64,000 nt of DNA from Octopus sinensis (GCF_006345805.1 NC_043004.1:33666001-33730000); one strand, 5' to 3'. Numbered from the stretch's first letter, positions 24,010 to 38,379 are shown. Notes: generated by a model not told the origin, from the sequence alone. A program made the numbers and translations.

Positions 24010-24700
24010 ATTCTTTGATTCTTTTACTTGTTTCAGTCATTTGACTGTGGCCATGCTGCCTATAGTCGAACAAATCGACCTCAGGACTTATTCTATTGGT
24101 CTTAGTACTTATTCTATTGGTCTCTTTTGCTGAATTGCTAAGTTGCGGGGACGTAAACACAGCAGCATCAGTAGTGATGGTGGGGCAAACACAGACACAA
24201 ACAAACACACATACACAGACACACAGAGACACACACAGACACACACACACACACACACGCAAGCACTATATACATACATACATATATATATATTTCTTTA
24301 CTACCCACAAGGGCCTAAACACAGAGGGGACAAACAAGGACACACAAATGGATTAAATCGATTACATCGACCCCAGTGCATAACTGGTACTTAATCTATC
24401 GACCCCGAAAGGATGAAAGGCAAAGTCGACCTCAGCGGAATTTGAACCTAGAACGTAACGGCAGACGAAATACGGTTACGCATTTTGCCCGGCGTGCTAA
24501 CGTTTCTGCCAGCTCGCCGCCTTTTAGACAGAAACTGAAAGAAACCCATTGTATACATACATATATATATACAATGGGTTTCTTTCAGTTTCCGTCTACC
24601 AAATCCATTCACAAGGCTTTGGTTGGCCCGAGGCTATAGTAGAAGACACTTGCCCTAGGTGCCACACAGTCGGACTGAACCCAGAACCATGTAGTTAGCA
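24010..24700 (-). mobile_element. SINE family A split by a family B SINE (24295-24515)
   Basis: A 3' half at 24010-24270, B copy in the internal microsatellite, A 5' half at 24530-24700. Confidence 0.8.
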
Positions 24701-25854
24701 AGAATCTAGGCAGATCAACATGCAAGACATCAGAATTGGCTAGGTACTACAACATAGGGTCCAAAGTGAGGTAGAACAACCATGAGATATTATGAGTTGG
24801 TAGTGTATTGCAGGCATGTAGATAGGTAGATCTGATTCAGTGTTTGCTCTTGGTGTAGCGTTTATATATATATATACACACACTCTCTCACACTCATAGA
24901 AACATGTAATGTTTACATGTGCATATAAATACAAAAAGGATATGAAGAAAGAAGAAAACAGAAGGTAAGTGACAGAGAAAAATGATGAATATGAGAAATG
25001 GTGTTTGAGAAAGTAGAAAGAAAATGGTGGCTGTAGGTTGAAGGGTGAACTAACTAAAGTATACATACACCTATATAAATATAGGGGTACATAATGAAAC
25101 GTGCTGGGAGTGTAAGCTTAAATGGGAAACCCTATAATGGGGTAAATAAATACATATCAAGTCGCTGCCATAAACAAAATATAAAGAAGTTGAGAAGAGA
25201 TGGCAGCAAAAAGAAGAAAAAAAGTTAAGTAATTTCTAAGTGTTCACTTTTTCTGGTACCTGATGACATTACAAGGATAAAGATGATGTATTTCTGATTC
25301 TGTTATTTTGCAGGTAGAAGAGAATTGTGGGAATAGGTGAGATGACAGGTAGAGAGAGGTGGTTCATAGGGCGAAGTATTTGAATGTCGGTCAACTGTTT
25401 TGAAGGGTTTTGGAGTGTCGGAGTAAATTTTCAATGGTTTTTCAGTAAAGCATTAGCTTCGTGTTTTGATTTAGGCAGGTTGTGAGTTGCTGCTGCTACC
25501 AGATAGACCTTGTTTCTCTTGCTTTTTCTTTCACACACACATGCACAGACAGACACACACACACACACACACACACAGACGCACACACACACATGCACAC
25601 AAACATGCAGTATATACGTCTTTGTATATATATATATATATATATATACATACACGCACACATATATATATACACATACATACACACACACATATATATA
25701 TGTATATGTATGCATATAGATATGTGTATATATGTATGCATATATATATACATATATGTATATATATACACACACATACTCACATATATACATATACCTA
25801 TATATAAATGTATATATACATATATATACTTATATATATATATATATATATAAG

Positions 25855-25893
<39 letters not shown>

Positions 25894-28314
25894 ATGAATG
25901 TATGTATGTATGCATGCATGTATGTACTTGGGAGGGTAATCTTCTATACATACAACATTTGTTATTATTTACTCATAAACGAAATTCAGTTGGTGTTCCT
26001 TGCAGGTCATATAGAATTCCTGTATTTACCGGAATATAAAAAATACGAGAACATTTCCATCTATAGTAAGGAAAAAGAAGAAAAGAAAGAAAAACTAGAA
26101 AAGATAAAAACCTTCTGCCAGACATTATTGATCTTTTGGAAAGAAATATCTGAATTCCTGACACAAAACGGGATAAAGATTAATATATATTATCCATAAC
26201 CATTTCAGAGGGATTTTTTTCTTTTCACAAAAGCCATTCTGGGGTCCAAATTGAATATTTCATTACAGAGAAATCTTTATTTATTTGCCTTTAATTTTTA
26301 TCAAGGATTCGTGAAAGCTCCACAGGTTTTATTAAATCATATATCCCACTTTAGCTCAGTGGCTTCTTGCACAACAATGTCCACCAAAATCTAATGTCCA
26401 TAGAGATTTATTCCATTACAGAATATGTTTATTCTGCTGGTTGGCATTCCTTTCATCTTTATTCTTTATTAACCAAGCTTGACAAACAATTATAAAGATG
26501 ATATATGACAAATATATTGCTACCGGTAGCTGCTTACTCATTACAACAACAGCACTGAGCGTTTCTTAGTTACAGAATGCAAGCACTTGGAGAAACTCTA
26601 TTATGTGACTTGAAAATTTATTGCCCTCGACATAGCAGGGCTAGAGGATTGGAAGGAAATATTCTAGAAAATTCCGATAATATTTAGAATCACAATATAA
26701 TGGAGAACTACAGAATGACAAACAACTCGTATATTAAGTTGATAACAGGTTGCTTCATTAAACAAAGTGTATACTAAAGAAGATTTAATTTAAAAGAGTT
26801 TCACCTTAATTTGAAGGAGTTTCACCTTAAAATATCCTCAAATATTAAACATATTTAAGATTGGAAAGTCTATTTAACAATAATTATTGGGTTAAAACAG
26901 CTGTTATCTAAAGTTGCTTTCACTTAAATTATATACATGTATGTGTGTATGTGTTGTGTGCATGTGTGTGTGTAAGTGTGTGTGCGTGTATGTGTGTGTG
27001 TGAGTGTTTGCCAACACATGCAAGTGGTGTGTTAAGTAATTTATCAAGTTTATTAATATAAAATATATTTAAAGTGTTAACTGATCAGATAAGCGGAAGA
27101 AGCAAAATTATGTTGTTTCAGATAAATGCACGTAATACAGAGAATGTAATTCTTCTTTTGGTAAAGGTAAATCTATTTTCCTCAATGAAATATGAAAGAG
27201 ACTGTTTGAGTAATTAACCAGCAATTGATCTGGGTTCTGTCAGAGACACAAATCTCATTGACTCCTCATAAGATTGCATCATGCTTGAAGAGAGATTAAA
27301 CTACCACTGCTATTTCTGCTGCCACCACCACCACCACCACCACCACCACCAACACCACTCTTGCTGCTGCTGCCACCGCTTCCGCTGCTGCCACTGCTGC
27401 TGCCAGTGCTGCAGTGGTTAACATGACTCCTGTGATTTCATAGGTTTCAGAATTGGTTTACTGGTGCAATCTTTTCTGTATTTTACGGGAAGTTAAAGAA
27501 CTAACAATGAAAGAAACAGTAAAAAGAGTTCCATTGACTGCTTCTAGGATCATAAAAATATTATTTAACTAAGCTTTCATTGAAGGACCTTAACAATGAA
27601 ATCAGGTGCCAGTGAAATTGTCAAAACTACCTCTGGTCACTCTTGGAATGAACCAATTAGGATTTATCTGTAATATTTACCAAGAAACAGACAGCAGCAG
27701 TCTACATGCACATGTTACCAAGCATCAAAGAATTCCAGTCAAGGAGTCCATTTCGAAGCAAGATTGGGAATTTTTTTTAGCAAACTGAACACAAACTATG
27801 GTAAATTGAATTACACCAGAAATAAGTCGAGGCTATGAAAGAGATAAGCACGTTAATGGGTTTGTCTTTTTGATGTCATTGTGAGATGAATGCAGATCTT
27901 ATATAATAGCTTTCCTTAGAATAGAAGGAACTTCATTGCAATCACGATAATCAGAATTAAATTAAATGTATTCTTGCATAGAAAAATATTTTTGTTTTGG
28001 ATGATCTCTGCCAGTGCTACCTGAAGTGTCAAATGATGTCTCTGCAGTAACATCAAGTATCAAATAGAAAATTGCTCCTACTGAGAGACAGGGGTTGACT
28101 AAACAAGCAATCTTTTGTTGAATTTGGAAGCTTCATGTCAGGCTAACAAGAAAGAAAGTCTACATCTGGCATGTTTTTGCTTTATGGCATTCAATGTTGT
28201 GGAAATAACCATTATTATCAATAACTCCAGCATTGGAGCCATTGCAGAAGAACCATTTGAGAAGGAATTTATTAAGACTATAGATGAATTGAACTGCATT
28301 ATCACTTGTCACAA

Positions 28315-28530
28315 TATTGGTTTCAAATTTTGGCACAAGGACCAGCAGTTTTAGGGAGGGATCAAACTAATTACATTGACTCCACTTTTCAGCTAATATT
28401 TTATTGACCCCCCCCCCCCACCAGGCAAGATCGATCTTGACAGAATTTGAACTCAGAGCATAAAGATGGATGAAATGCCACTGAGCATTTTGTCTGGCAT
28501 GCTAACCGTTCTGCCAGATTACTGCCTTTA
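28315..28530 (-). mobile_element. SINE family B, degenerate
   Basis: Reverse complement of head (ttctgccag), B box (atttgaactc) and tail. Confidence 0.75.
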
Positions 28531-28719
28531 TGACACATCACAATATTGAAATAACTATTGAAGAGATACTTGTATAAAAGTTTAACTGCCCAACAAGTGG
28601 CTAAAGGTTCTAAGACAGTCTGTGAATAATCTTATTTTGCTTGAGACAAGCATCTAACGTTCCACAAGATAACCAGCATGTTCCTAGAAATACATCAAGT
28701 GCAAGATAGAAAGCATTGG

Positions 28720-29240
28720 AGTGGCTGTGTAGTAAGTAGCTTGCTAACCAACCACATGGTTCTGGGTTCAGTCCCACTGTGTGGCATCTTTGGCAAGTGT
28801 CTTCTGCTATAGCCCCAGGCCGACCAATGCCTTGTGAGTGGATTTGGTAGACGGAAAACTGAAAGAAGCCCGTCGTATATATGTATATATATATATATGT
28901 ATGTGTGTGCGTTTGTGTGTCTGTGTTTGTCCCCCTAGCATTGCTTGACAACCGATGCTGGTGTGTTTACGTCCCGTCACTTAGCAGTTCGGCAAAAGAG
29001 ACCGATAGAATAAGTACTGAGCTTACAAAGAATAAGTCTCGGGGTCGATTTGCTCGACTAAAGGCGGTGCTCCAGCATGGCCGCAGTCAAATGACTGAAA
29101 CAAGTAAAAGAGTAAAAGAGTAAAAGATTTGGTAGATGGAAACTGAAAGAAGCCTGTCGTATATATATATATATGTATGTGTGTGTATGTGTTTGTGTCT
29201 GTGTTTGTCCCCCAAGTAAAAGAGTAAAAGAGTAAAAGAG
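28720..29240 (+). mobile_element. SINE family A, full length, plus partial internal re-copy
   Basis: Full copy to about 29127, then an internal segment and a second (gtaaaaga)n tail. Confidence 0.9.
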
Positions 29241-29929
29241 TAATTAAAATTAATTTCTTTTGCAGGGAATAAATATGGTAAAGAACACCAGTTGAAATGG
29301 ATTTCAGTTGAGCTTGAAGTGAATTGGCCCCCTGGATTTCATTTCAGATTATAATTTGGAAAACGAGTCTGTTGCTAGCTGCAGTGGAATTTGGAATATA
29401 TGTTGAACTGTATTGTATTAGCACCTAACATAGAATGTAAGCTGTCAAATTCAGTAAAAGATGAAGAATTCCTTACAGCTGAAAGTTGATTGGGATCCGG
29501 TTTGGTTCCATTGGAAATGACAATATAATATAGGCAATATAATGCAAATACTTGGAAACATTAATTTTAATATTGCATTTGACCAGCATTTGTAGAAATT
29601 GCAGTAAATATTAATCATGTGCTGGCTTATTAATTGCAGGAATAATTATAGCATTTTGATAAGCAGCCACATCAGGCAATTGACCAAAAATGAAATCGAT
29701 GGTAGATAGGGATATTAGTAGTGAAACATTATCGAAGAAGTTAGACAATTTCAGTGGTGTATAAATATTGATACATATGGAACTAGATTCCTCAACTGAT
29801 GAAATTTGTTGGACAATATTCTGTATATTAATCTGTAAGAAGCGTGTGGAATTATTCAGCTTAGAATATTCTTGGGTTTCTCGATAATACACCTATATTG
29901 AGGGTAAACATCTTACTTAATATTCTGTA

Positions 29930-30310
29930 ATTCTGTTTCAGTCATTTGACTGCAGCCATACTGGAGCACTGCCTTTTAGTCAAAGAAATTGACCCCAGAA
30001 CTTATTCTTTGTAAGTTTGGCACTTATTCGATTTATCTCCTTTGCCGAACTGCTAAGTTATGGGCACATGAACACATCAACACCAATTATCAAGTGATGG
30101 TGGTGGGGACAAACACACAAAGATACACACAACAATATATATGTCCATATATATGACAAACTTCTTTCAGTCTCTGTCTACCAAATCCCCTCACAAGCTT
30201 TTGGTCAGCCTGAGGTTATAGTAGAAGATTCTTGCCTAAGATACCATGCAGTGGGACTGAACCAAGAACCATGTAGTTGGGAAGCAAGCTTTTTACCACA
30301 CAGCCATACC
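29930..30310 (-). mobile_element. SINE family A
   Basis: Reverse complement of family A. Confidence 0.85.
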
Positions 30311-30449
30311 TGTACAAAAGTTGTTTGAGATTCACAGAATAATAATCCCAACTCTTTTGAGGCTGTGACAAATCAGAGTTACCTGTTTTGATGATTCAAC
30401 AGGGGTCAATGTCTTCTTGAACGAAATGATTATAAATCAGAAAGCCGAA

Positions 30450-30530
30450 AGGTGGCAACACATAGCCTAGTGGTAGGGTGTTGCACTCACAGTCACAAGA
30501 TCATGGTTTCGATTCTCAGACCTGGCAGTG
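30450..30530 (+). mobile_element. tRNA-like SINE head (family C)
   Basis: A box tagcctagtggta and B box ggtttcgattc; related head at about 50590. Confidence 0.55.
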
Positions 30531-30849
30531 CATTGAGTAAAACATAACATGCCACTTTTTTTTCCCAATCGGCTCTCCTATAAACGAGTTTCATCCTGCG
30601 TTAGACTGGGGTACTTTTCAAAGAACTGCTATGATCTCAGTCACTTATATGCCAGGGAAACTAGGTGACCAGCCATTTTGGTTCATGGGCTCAAGACAAC
30701 AGTGCCCAGAGGGTTAGCTTTATCAGATCACCCAGAACCATGAGACATAACCAAGGAATATACATCCCATTTGAGTGACGTTCTGATTTCAGATTAGGGA
30801 TCTACTCAAATAAGGAATATTCCTTCATAACAAAAGACATTGACACATT

Positions 30850-31700
30850 TGAAGTGTTTGAGTCTTTGAAACTCAATATTGATATTCCATTTCAAATGAC
30901 ATGAAGCATTCAAGGAACTAGTTTTGTCCTAGAATTTGGTGAAAGAAAAAAATATCTGTGAGCCATGGAACCCTGTATCAAAACGTTTGTCAGCATAATT
31001 TTAATCTTTGGGTAAAATTTCTGTTGCTGTGAATTTATCATTGACTAGCAGTATTGCCCGGCATTGCTCAAGTTTGTTTCAACCCTTTAGAATTGGAATT
31101 TTTGAAAAGTAATAATTTTGCATTATGTAGCTTGTTATTCTCTTTAAGTCAACATTTTTATGGTTGAAATACACCGAAAAATGGGGACACAGCAGTAAAA
31201 AAATCATATAAAAATAGGGATTTTCATAGAAAAAAAGCACCTTTTTGATGTAAATAATTTTTGGTGTTAACATAGTTTGATTTGAATTTTATCTTCTATA
31301 GAAGGAAGAGCAAGCCTTCTTCTATCATACTCTCAATTTTGGTCAACTTGCATCACAGGGTCTCGGAGGAGATAGTGTTAGTTGAAGGCTACCAAACCTG
31401 CCATACACAGACAACTTCAGCTTTATATACAGAGAGATTTGGTATTACCGATGTCCATAATGAATGTAGGAGCATTGCCTGGAACTTATTTGAAGAATTG
31501 TTAAATATGTGATGAATGTGGCACTGAATTTAATAATGATTTACTTTTATTGTCTGTTGAACCATTTCGAAACATTGAGAGACAAACTTGGCAATGTGAT
31601 CCTTCTTTTGGCACTTATGATAAACAGCATTTCTGAACTTAGAGTGTGCTTAATTATGGTGCTTCCCAAAGACACGGTCTGAACCTCTGTCAGGGTTCCT
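30850..31700 (-). pseudogene. Decayed Ty3/Gypsy gag zinc-knuckle + aspartic protease remnant, interrupted by a Helitron
   Basis: GKHH...KFRNAVYHKCQKKDHIAK (eroded double knuckle). Removing 31045-31437 gives in-frame FIMDIGNTK|SMIN...IQG...LHVI..G.SIL, resembling a D-T/S-G protease. Confidence 0.55.
31045..31437 (-). mobile_element. Non-autonomous Helitron-like element
   Basis: On the minus strand it starts TC, ends CTAG after a GC-rich subterminal segment (gagcaatgccgggcaatactg), sits between A and T, and has no TSD. Confidence 0.75.
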
Positions 31701-33124
31701 GTGAAGTCTTCTTCAAAGGAAGTCTTCATCAAACGAAGTGCTTTAACTGGATTAGATTACTGATAAGCTGCAGGTTGTCTCACAGAAATAGTTTCATAGT
31801 TTCATATTCCTCACAAAATGATTTCACTATCAGGAATGTTCCTTACTCTAAAAGGTGAACTTTCTCTTGTATGTTAGTGCTATTGATTCTAACAGTCAAA
31901 AAAAGTCACAAAAACACAATTCCAAACTGATCGTCAAACTTGGTTTATAACTAAATGCTGAACTTTCAAATCGATTGGTCATTATTGTGAAAAAGAGAAT
32001 GTCACCTTGAACATTCAGCCACGAAATGGTTGGAAAGTGCTGAACGATTCAGACTTTAGTTTCTACATAAGGCATGCCTTTGAGCAACATTTTGGATTTG
32101 CTAAAGAAATAAACTTTTTCACTAAGTAAAGTACCGAGTAATTTGTCCTTACTGAGTACGTACTCAAAATTTGTCACTTCTGACTTGTTAAACTTGAGGA
32201 AAAAAACAAACTTGATTAAATGAAATGAGGTAAAGACACTGGGCAATTTTAAATGACTTGTCTGCTTATATTCAGTTTGACTGTGGATGTGTATGTATGT
32301 ATGTATGTATGTATGTATGTATGTATGTATGTATGTATGTATGTATGTATGTATGTATGTATGTATGCATGTATGCATGCATGTGTGTGTATGTATATGT
32401 GTATGTTTGTATGTACACACATACACACACATATATATATAGAGAGAGAGGGCTACTCAGTTGCTGATGAAATAGAGATATGACTAAAATTACTTTGGCG
32501 GATAATTGTTTTTGTCTGTCCAATGTGGGATTGTGTAAAAGCAATGGCGGCTGTTCCCAACTGTCCTCAATCACTTCACACATGCAGTGCTGACATTAAA
32601 CCTATAGGTTTATTCTGTTGTATATTTTACATATATATTGATAGACAGACAGACAGACAGACAGAGATAGATGGATGGATGGATGGATAGATAGATAGAT
32701 AAAAATCACACACCCATACACACACATGCACACACATGCACACACACACACACATCAGGGCTGGTGACACATAAAAAGCATCCAGTTCACTCTGTAAAGT
32801 GGTTCATATTAGGAAGGGCATCCATCCATAGAAGTCATGCCAGAACAGACAGTGGAGCATTCCTTTGGGTTGACAGCTTCTACCTCAGCATGAAGAAAGA
32901 TAGCAAATGATAATGATGATGATATATAGATATATATATCATCATCATCGTTTAATATATGTATATATATATTTATATAAAAGAGTAAAAGATATATATA
33001 TGTATTTTATTGTAACAGAAATAACAGGAAATGACAGCCCCACGATTGACCGAGAGGGGGGAGTCGAGAATCAATCAAACGGAGCTTTTAACTGGTAGCA
33101 CTTGCATGTGCAAGTTGTTTGCAA

Positions 33125-33160
<36 letters not shown>

Positions 33161-33478
33161 ATATTATATAAATATAGAGTAGTGGTACAACAAGGCACCA
33201 TTATTTACTGGAAATAGCTGCCGGTACATTTACGACACTATAGTAAAGCTTCACTGCGTATATACTGGCAAAGACGTGTGAGTGCAACTAACATGAAAAA
33301 TTTTGTCTTACACCTAGAAAGAACATTAGATAAATAGATAACCCAGAATCAGATAATCTAGTACCTAGGTTTCGGACTCTTCAAATACATTTGTCAACGT
33401 AAAATTGATTAGTCTTCATCAGCTGGATTTACCTGTATAATATTTTAAATGTTGCTACATCAATGCCAGTAGACTCAC

Positions 33479-33532
33479 CTGAATGCTTAGCCACTAACAG
33501 AGCAAGAACAGTGAAAAGGTTTTCAATGAAAA
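33479..33532 (-). CDS. Candidate 54-bp exon (FIENLFTVLALLVAKHS), unknown gene
   Basis: tattttag acceptor and CAG|GTGAGT donor; only the phase 1-1 frame is open. Confidence 0.35.
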
Positions 33533-33533
33533 C

Positions 33534-33700
33534 TAAAATATTGCAATACAAATGTATTACTGTCCAGTAAAATAAAGCACCGTAAAGGTAGAAGTATAAA
33601 TATACAGAAGTAGTACAAGAAGGCACCAATATATTTATGCTTCTACTTGTATGGTGCTTTATTTTACTGGAAAGCAATACATTTGTATTGCAATATTTTA
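33534..33700. repeat. 69-bp inverted repeat with 29-nt loop
   Basis: 33534-33602 versus the reverse complement of 33632-33700: 63/69 identical. Confidence 0.9.
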
Positions 33701-33744
33701 TTTAATATGATATATACATGCGTAAATATATAGCTAACATTACT

Positions 33745-33959
33745 CTTTTACTTTTTTACTTGTTTCAGTCATTTGACTGCAGCCATGCTGGAGCACCGCC
33801 TTTAATCAAGCAACTCGACCCCGGGACTTATTCTTTGTAAGTCCAGTACTTATTCTATCGGTCTCTTTTGCTGAACCGCTAAGTAATGGGGACATAAACA
33901 CACCAGCATCGGTTGTCAAGCAATGCTAGGGGGACAAACACAGACACACAAACACACAA

Positions 33960-34020
<61 letters not shown>

Positions 34021-34185
34021 TACGACGGGCTGCTTTCAGTTTCCGTCTACCAAATCCACTCACAAGGCTTTGGTCAGCCCGAGGCCATAGTAGAAGACAC
34101 TTGCCCAAGGTGCCACGCAGTGGGACTGAACCCGGAACCATGTGGTTGGTAAACAAGCTACTTACCACACAGCCACTCCTGCGCC
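33745..34185 (-). mobile_element. SINE family A, full length
   Basis: Reverse complement of family A. Confidence 0.9.
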
Positions 34186-34802
34186 TATATGTATATATTT
34201 ATGTGTGTGTGTGTGTGTATATATTTGTGTGTGAGTGTGTGTACCACATGAACAAAACCTATATATGCAATTCTCTGTTGGCCTGTTGTAATCTTAATGC
34301 CCATTAGCTACTCCATACTACATTGTCAGTCAACAAGGAGTGGTGATTTGAAAGCACCAGTTAATCTGTTTGTTCCGTGTGTAGACCATAAAACCACATT
34401 GCTATATCTACGGTGCCAGGACTTTGCTAGACTCTATTGCCCATGATTGGCATCATTTCAGCTAAGTGATTATTTATTCATTTAAATGCACATGCAACAG
34501 CAAAGATGCAAAGAGTGTTTACAAATAGCAACTTGTGATTTATGTAAGCATCAATGACTGATGCCAAAATATTAAAACTACTGAAGAGATGTGACTTATA
34601 TATGAGTATATACGATGCATCCTACCACACACAATAGGTTCACATAGACACTTACTCCACACCACACACAAACATCATGAATTTTACATACATACACACA
34701 TCATAAAATTTACATATATATAAGTATAATATATATATATGTGCTGTATGTATGTATGTATGTATGTATGTATATATATAAGTATATATATATATATATT
34801 AT

Positions 34803-34849
<47 letters not shown>

Positions 34850-34980
34850 GTCTGTTTGTCTGTCTGTCGGCCTGTCTGTATGTATATATATATATACACA
34901 CACATATATATACACACACACACGCATATATATATCTGTCTGCCTGCTTCTGTATGTATGTATGCATGTATGTATATACA

Positions 34981-35014
<34 letters not shown>

Positions 35015-35149
35015 AATTAGAGAAGAACCATCATGCAGCAATTCAACAGTGATATAATTAAATCATAACATGTAGAAAAAAATTAAATATATGATAAAAC
35101 ATTTATCTAGAACTAAATGAAGTACAAAATAATATATATTATATAATAT

Positions 35150-35191
<42 letters not shown>

Positions 35192-35265
35192 ATATATATA
35201 TCATATGATGTTGATGATATATATATATATATATAGTGAGAGAGAGAGAGAGAGGGAGCTGGTTT

Positions 35266-35323
<58 letters not shown>

Positions 35324-35752
35324 CAGATGGATGGATGGATACTGATGTATCGCCATTTGTGCACCATACTACGTACACACATGCCATTAAAAGTCATGAA
35401 GCAGTGGAATTGTCGGAAATAATATATTTCCATAGATTCGTTGGGTTAAAAAAACACTATACATGTTGGAGTGAAATGAGCAACATCATTGCAATCACTC
35501 ACAAGAACAACAGATGCCTTTTTGCCTTTACTGAGCTTTATCAATACTCTGCACTCGATTGTCACCTGCCTCAATGAGATTCATGCTTCAATATAGAGGA
35601 AATAATGAATACTGCATTCACTAGCAATCCAGAAGCTTGCTGAGCTGTACAAAAATTCAGTATACATAAGGGAAACAGCATTGAATTAAAATCGCCATCT
35701 GTATGTCATACCAAATACATATACACACTGATGGAAGACATCAATCTATCTA

Positions 35753-35820
<68 letters not shown>

Positions 35821-35871
35821 ACTGTCTCTCTTTCTCTCTCTCTCTCTCTATCTATCTATCTCTATGTGTTC

Positions 35872-35904
<33 letters not shown>

Positions 35905-35907
<3 letters not shown>

Positions 35908-36380
35908 CATCATCATCATCATCATCATCATTATTTAATGTCCACTTTCCATGCAGGCATGGGTTGGACTGTTTGACTGAAGACTGGCAAGCCAGGAGGC
36001 TGCACCAGGCTCTAATCTGATACGGCAAGGTTTCTACATCTTGATGCCCTTCCTAGCACCAACCACTCCGAGAGTGTGGTGGGTGCTTTTTATGTGCCAC
36101 TGGCAAAAGAGACAGTCAGGCAGCACTGGTATCAGCCACATTTGGACAGTGCTTTTCATGTGCTACTGGCACAGGAGCCAATTGGAGTGGGGGTGGGGAG
36201 GGTTTTCTCCAAGTTCACAAAAGTCAAATATAGGGGTTTGTTTTTGGCTAGGTATTTCTCCTGCAGTTACCTTACCAGGAATATAGCATCTGTGGTCCTT
36301 CTACCTGGCACAAAACTGAACTGCATCTCATCTGATCAGACTCTCTCCCTAATTAGATGGACTATGACCTTCATCACCTG
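35905..36380 (-). mobile_element. Internally deleted RTE: RT fragment fused to 3' UTR
   Basis: 36200-36375 on the minus strand reads DEMQFSFVPGRRTTDAIFLVR*LQEKYLAKNKPLYLTFVNLEK, joined to the family 3' UTR and (GAT)n. Confidence 0.8.
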
Positions 36381-36768
36381 AATATATTTATAAATATGGG
36401 TGTGTATGAGAATTTTTGCATAAGGTAATTAAGGAATTCATTAACCTATGGCGAATGCAATTTCTTGAAAAATTCCAAGTTTAATGTAAGGGAGATAGCA
36501 ATTGAAATATTCTTATAAGTTATATGTACATGATATGTATACTTATTTCAAAATCTCATTCAGTCTTGTGTAACCTTGTGTATTCTCATCCCAAATGGAG
36601 ACAAATAGCAACATCTGGCATGCTTGAAAAATTGTGAAGTTTCTTCTTCACATGAAACCATAGGTTGCCCTGTGAACTTACAAATAAAGAATACTTATCC
36701 ACCAATGTGATAGTGAATACTCATTCTCACCGTTTAGTATTAATGTATGCTTACACACACACACCACA

Positions 36769-36807
<39 letters not shown>

Positions 36808-36887
36808 CATACACTGACACAGAGACACACATGCACACACATACATACATAAGTATATATATATATTTATACACACACATATATGTA

Positions 36888-36949
<62 letters not shown>

Positions 36950-38276
36950 CCTGTGTGTGTATGTGTATGTGTGTGAATGAGTCAGGGAGAGAAAAAGAGA
37001 GCATTTATACATGATTTCATAAATAAATGTATGTATAATTATTTTCTGAAAAGATAAATCTTTGGATGATCTTATGAAAGAATGGAAGGAAATCACGATT
37101 CTATAGCAGGGTGTGAGCTAACCCCTAAAAATGTTCTTGAGTGGGGGATGCAGTAGGAATTGAATATAGAAGGAGGTTATGAAAGGTAGAGTATAAGACA
37201 TGAAGGAATTAAGGGATCCTGAGAAACAAATGGAGCAATGTATGGTACTTCTTGCAGACATGGATTATCATGGATTGTGACTGGAGCCATGCTGAAGGAT
37301 CTAATGTACTTGAATTTATGAAAGATGGCAGATTCATGGAATGGAAATAAGAATGGAAAATATTCCATCATTGGTGTGGGTGACATGTAGAAGAGAAAGA
37401 CAAAAGATAATAGAAAATGTCTGATTCACAAGAAATAGTAAAACAAAATAGCAGCTACATGTTTTTAGTAGTTATAGCTGCAATCGGTTTGTTTTTGATG
37501 GTTTCATAAATAACTGAGGGGTAAATGCATGCTAGAATGAGGGCCAAAAGAAACCAGAATGCTTCTCAGCTCCAGTTCATGAATTTCTTCTCTGTTGTCT
37601 TTTATAATTCCATTGAAAGTCAGGTTTGGTTCTGTCCACAAACTCGCAATAACCCATCTCAACATGTAGCACTATTCATTGCACCTGAAGTTCTCCATGT
37701 TTTAGTATCTTCCTTTCAAATCCTCCTTCCATATTTCTGATTCCATATTGCTTTCCAAAGATACTTTCATCTCAAAATCAGAACATTTCGTTTAGTCCAT
37801 TCAGGCGATTCTATAAGATCAGAATATTGTTTCATCAGATCTTTTAAAAAAGAATTATATGTATGTATATATATGTGTGTGTGTATATGTGTGTGCGTGC
37901 GTGTGTGTCTGTGTACATATAAATATGCATGCATATATATATATATGAAGTCCCCAAGTTTTGTACTTGTATAGACACCACAAGCATTTTCTTTCTACCA
38001 AACTCACACACATATGCAGACAGTGGGAAGGGAGAGCCGGGTGATGCTATCAGAAGACATTGAAATCTTTGCAATCTCCAGTTGAGAGCTGATGAGAGAA
38101 GTGTCTTGAAGTTGTGGATGAATGTGTGCACATACATTCACAAACACATGCATCTGTATGAATGGTTGCACACATGCAATGCACACATAAGATGCACATA
38201 CACACAAACACGTGTGTGTATCTGTGTGTGTGACTATGTATAGATTATACATACAAATATACATGTATGTATATAT

Positions 38277-38318
<42 letters not shown>

Positions 38319-38338
38319 TGTATATATATATATATGTG

Positions 38339-38379
<41 letters not shown>

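Noticed and set aside
24900-25500. Purine-skewed block resembling a Penelope terminal region
   Set aside because: Only compositional similarity; no ORF motif or ribozyme core could be confirmed.
27300-27420. Poly-Thr/Ala or Gly/Ser coding-like tract
   Set aside because: A (CCA)n/(GCT)n trinucleotide repeat bounded by stops, with no supported splice context.
29611-29892. 93-aa minus-strand ORF with an upstream AG
   Set aside because: No recognisable motif; a few ORFs of this length are expected by chance in 64 kb of AT-rich DNA.
37520-37840. Possible decayed piggyBac-like transposase on the minus strand
   Set aside because: Only vague resemblance across many stops and frameshifts.
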